Shown one piece after another: positions 62,809-63,625 of a DNA stretch of 63,625 nucleotides (within the stretch, counting starts at the first letter, position 1; each line of letters opens with the position of its first letter). A program made the translations under genes and the position numbers. This DNA comes from Octopus sinensis (lineage: Eukaryota): positions 1 to 63,625 of the forward strand of contig NW_021832129.1 of NCBI RefSeq assembly GCF_006345805.1. The letters run 5' to 3'. The notes below the pieces were generated by a model that saw nothing but the letters and a program-made list of their open reading frames with translations, had not been told where the DNA came from and did no database searches.

Positions 62809-63299
62809 ACAATTTTTGTTGTTTTTGTTTAACCCTTGGTAAGCCAGGACCAAACAGTCTTATGATCAATGATATCCAAACCGTGACCATCTTTGCCCTA
62901 TGCTCTGAACAACATCATGCAATGCGTCCGTCGGTTTTAAAACAGCAATGTGCCCTTTGAGGGATATTTGGCAGTTATTTCTAGCAGGTTGAGGACAACG
63001 TTGAATTTCCTTTGTTTTCTTGTCTCTACGTCAGCGACATCAGTAGGACATAAGTGGGAAACCTCTTTGTGGTTGCTCGACCTGTTAGAAATAGCAGCCA
63101 AATCTCGAATTACGTCTGGTCCACTGAAATCAAGCAAGGCACAATGGACCGTAAGGGATTTGATATACAGGGGTGGTGGTCATGGTTGTAACGCCGTTGG
63201 TCATAGATCTGCTCGATCAAAGATGATCTGAAATTAAATAGCAGCAACAATAGCAACAACAGGAAGAAGACGAAAGGCAACAGCAGCAGCAACAACAGT

Positions 63300-63625
63300 G
63301 AAGGCGCAATGGCCCGGTGGTTAGGGCAGCGGAGTCGCGGTTTCGATTCCCAGACCGGGCGTTGTGTGTGTTTATTGAGCGAAAACACCTAAATCTCCAC
63401 GAATCTCCGGCAGGGGGTGGTGGCGACCCCTGTTGTACTCTTTCGCTCCAACTTTCTCTCACCCTTTCTTCCTGTTTCTTTGTCCCCGACTTCTTAGCAA
63501 ACCGCTGAGCCTGGATGCACATTCATCCATCCGTCGATGCTCTCGGTGTCGGGGTTGACCTGCTTTTCTTGCGCGGGTCTTACGAATAGCAAAGGACCAC
63601 GCTTCGGACTTCTCCCACTACAGAG
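63300..63625 (+). mobile_element. tRNA-headed SINE-like element running off the window end
   Basis: tggcccggtggttagg (A box), ggtttcgattccc (B box). Confidence 0.55.

Overview
AT-rich, microsatellite- and SINE-saturated animal genomic DNA. The SINE families are most consistent with an octopus/cephalopod genome (inference). No host gene can be called with confidence. The dominant structure is a ~25 kb nested insertion complex (7802-32929). One ~230 bp tRNA-derived SINE, bounded by a 16-17 bp target-site duplication (TSD) (a)tatttgtgaaaaagta, is split inside its A-box region. It contains (i) 13 head-to-tail copies of a ~1.75 kb ORF1-only element (RRM-like region + CCHC knuckle, ~470 aa consensus) and (ii) one 2.14 kb related Tx1/L1-type LINE whose ORF2 is almost entirely deleted. 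Both element types abut the same SINE position (ctggc|agaaacg) at their 3' ends, with 7 bp and 18 bp TSDs. Both share their 3' tail with the SINE they interrupt. This suggests a SINE-targeting, array-forming, non-autonomous Tx1 system. The flanks hold further SINEs (some in self-nested tandem arrays), restriction-like-endonuclease (RLE) LINE 3' ends sitting in microsatellites, MITE/foldback palindromes (several with hammerhead-like cores), a 1.45 kb tandem duplication and weak candidate exons. Private 1-bp indels in the repeats look like unpolished long-read error, so frameshifts should not be over-interpreted.
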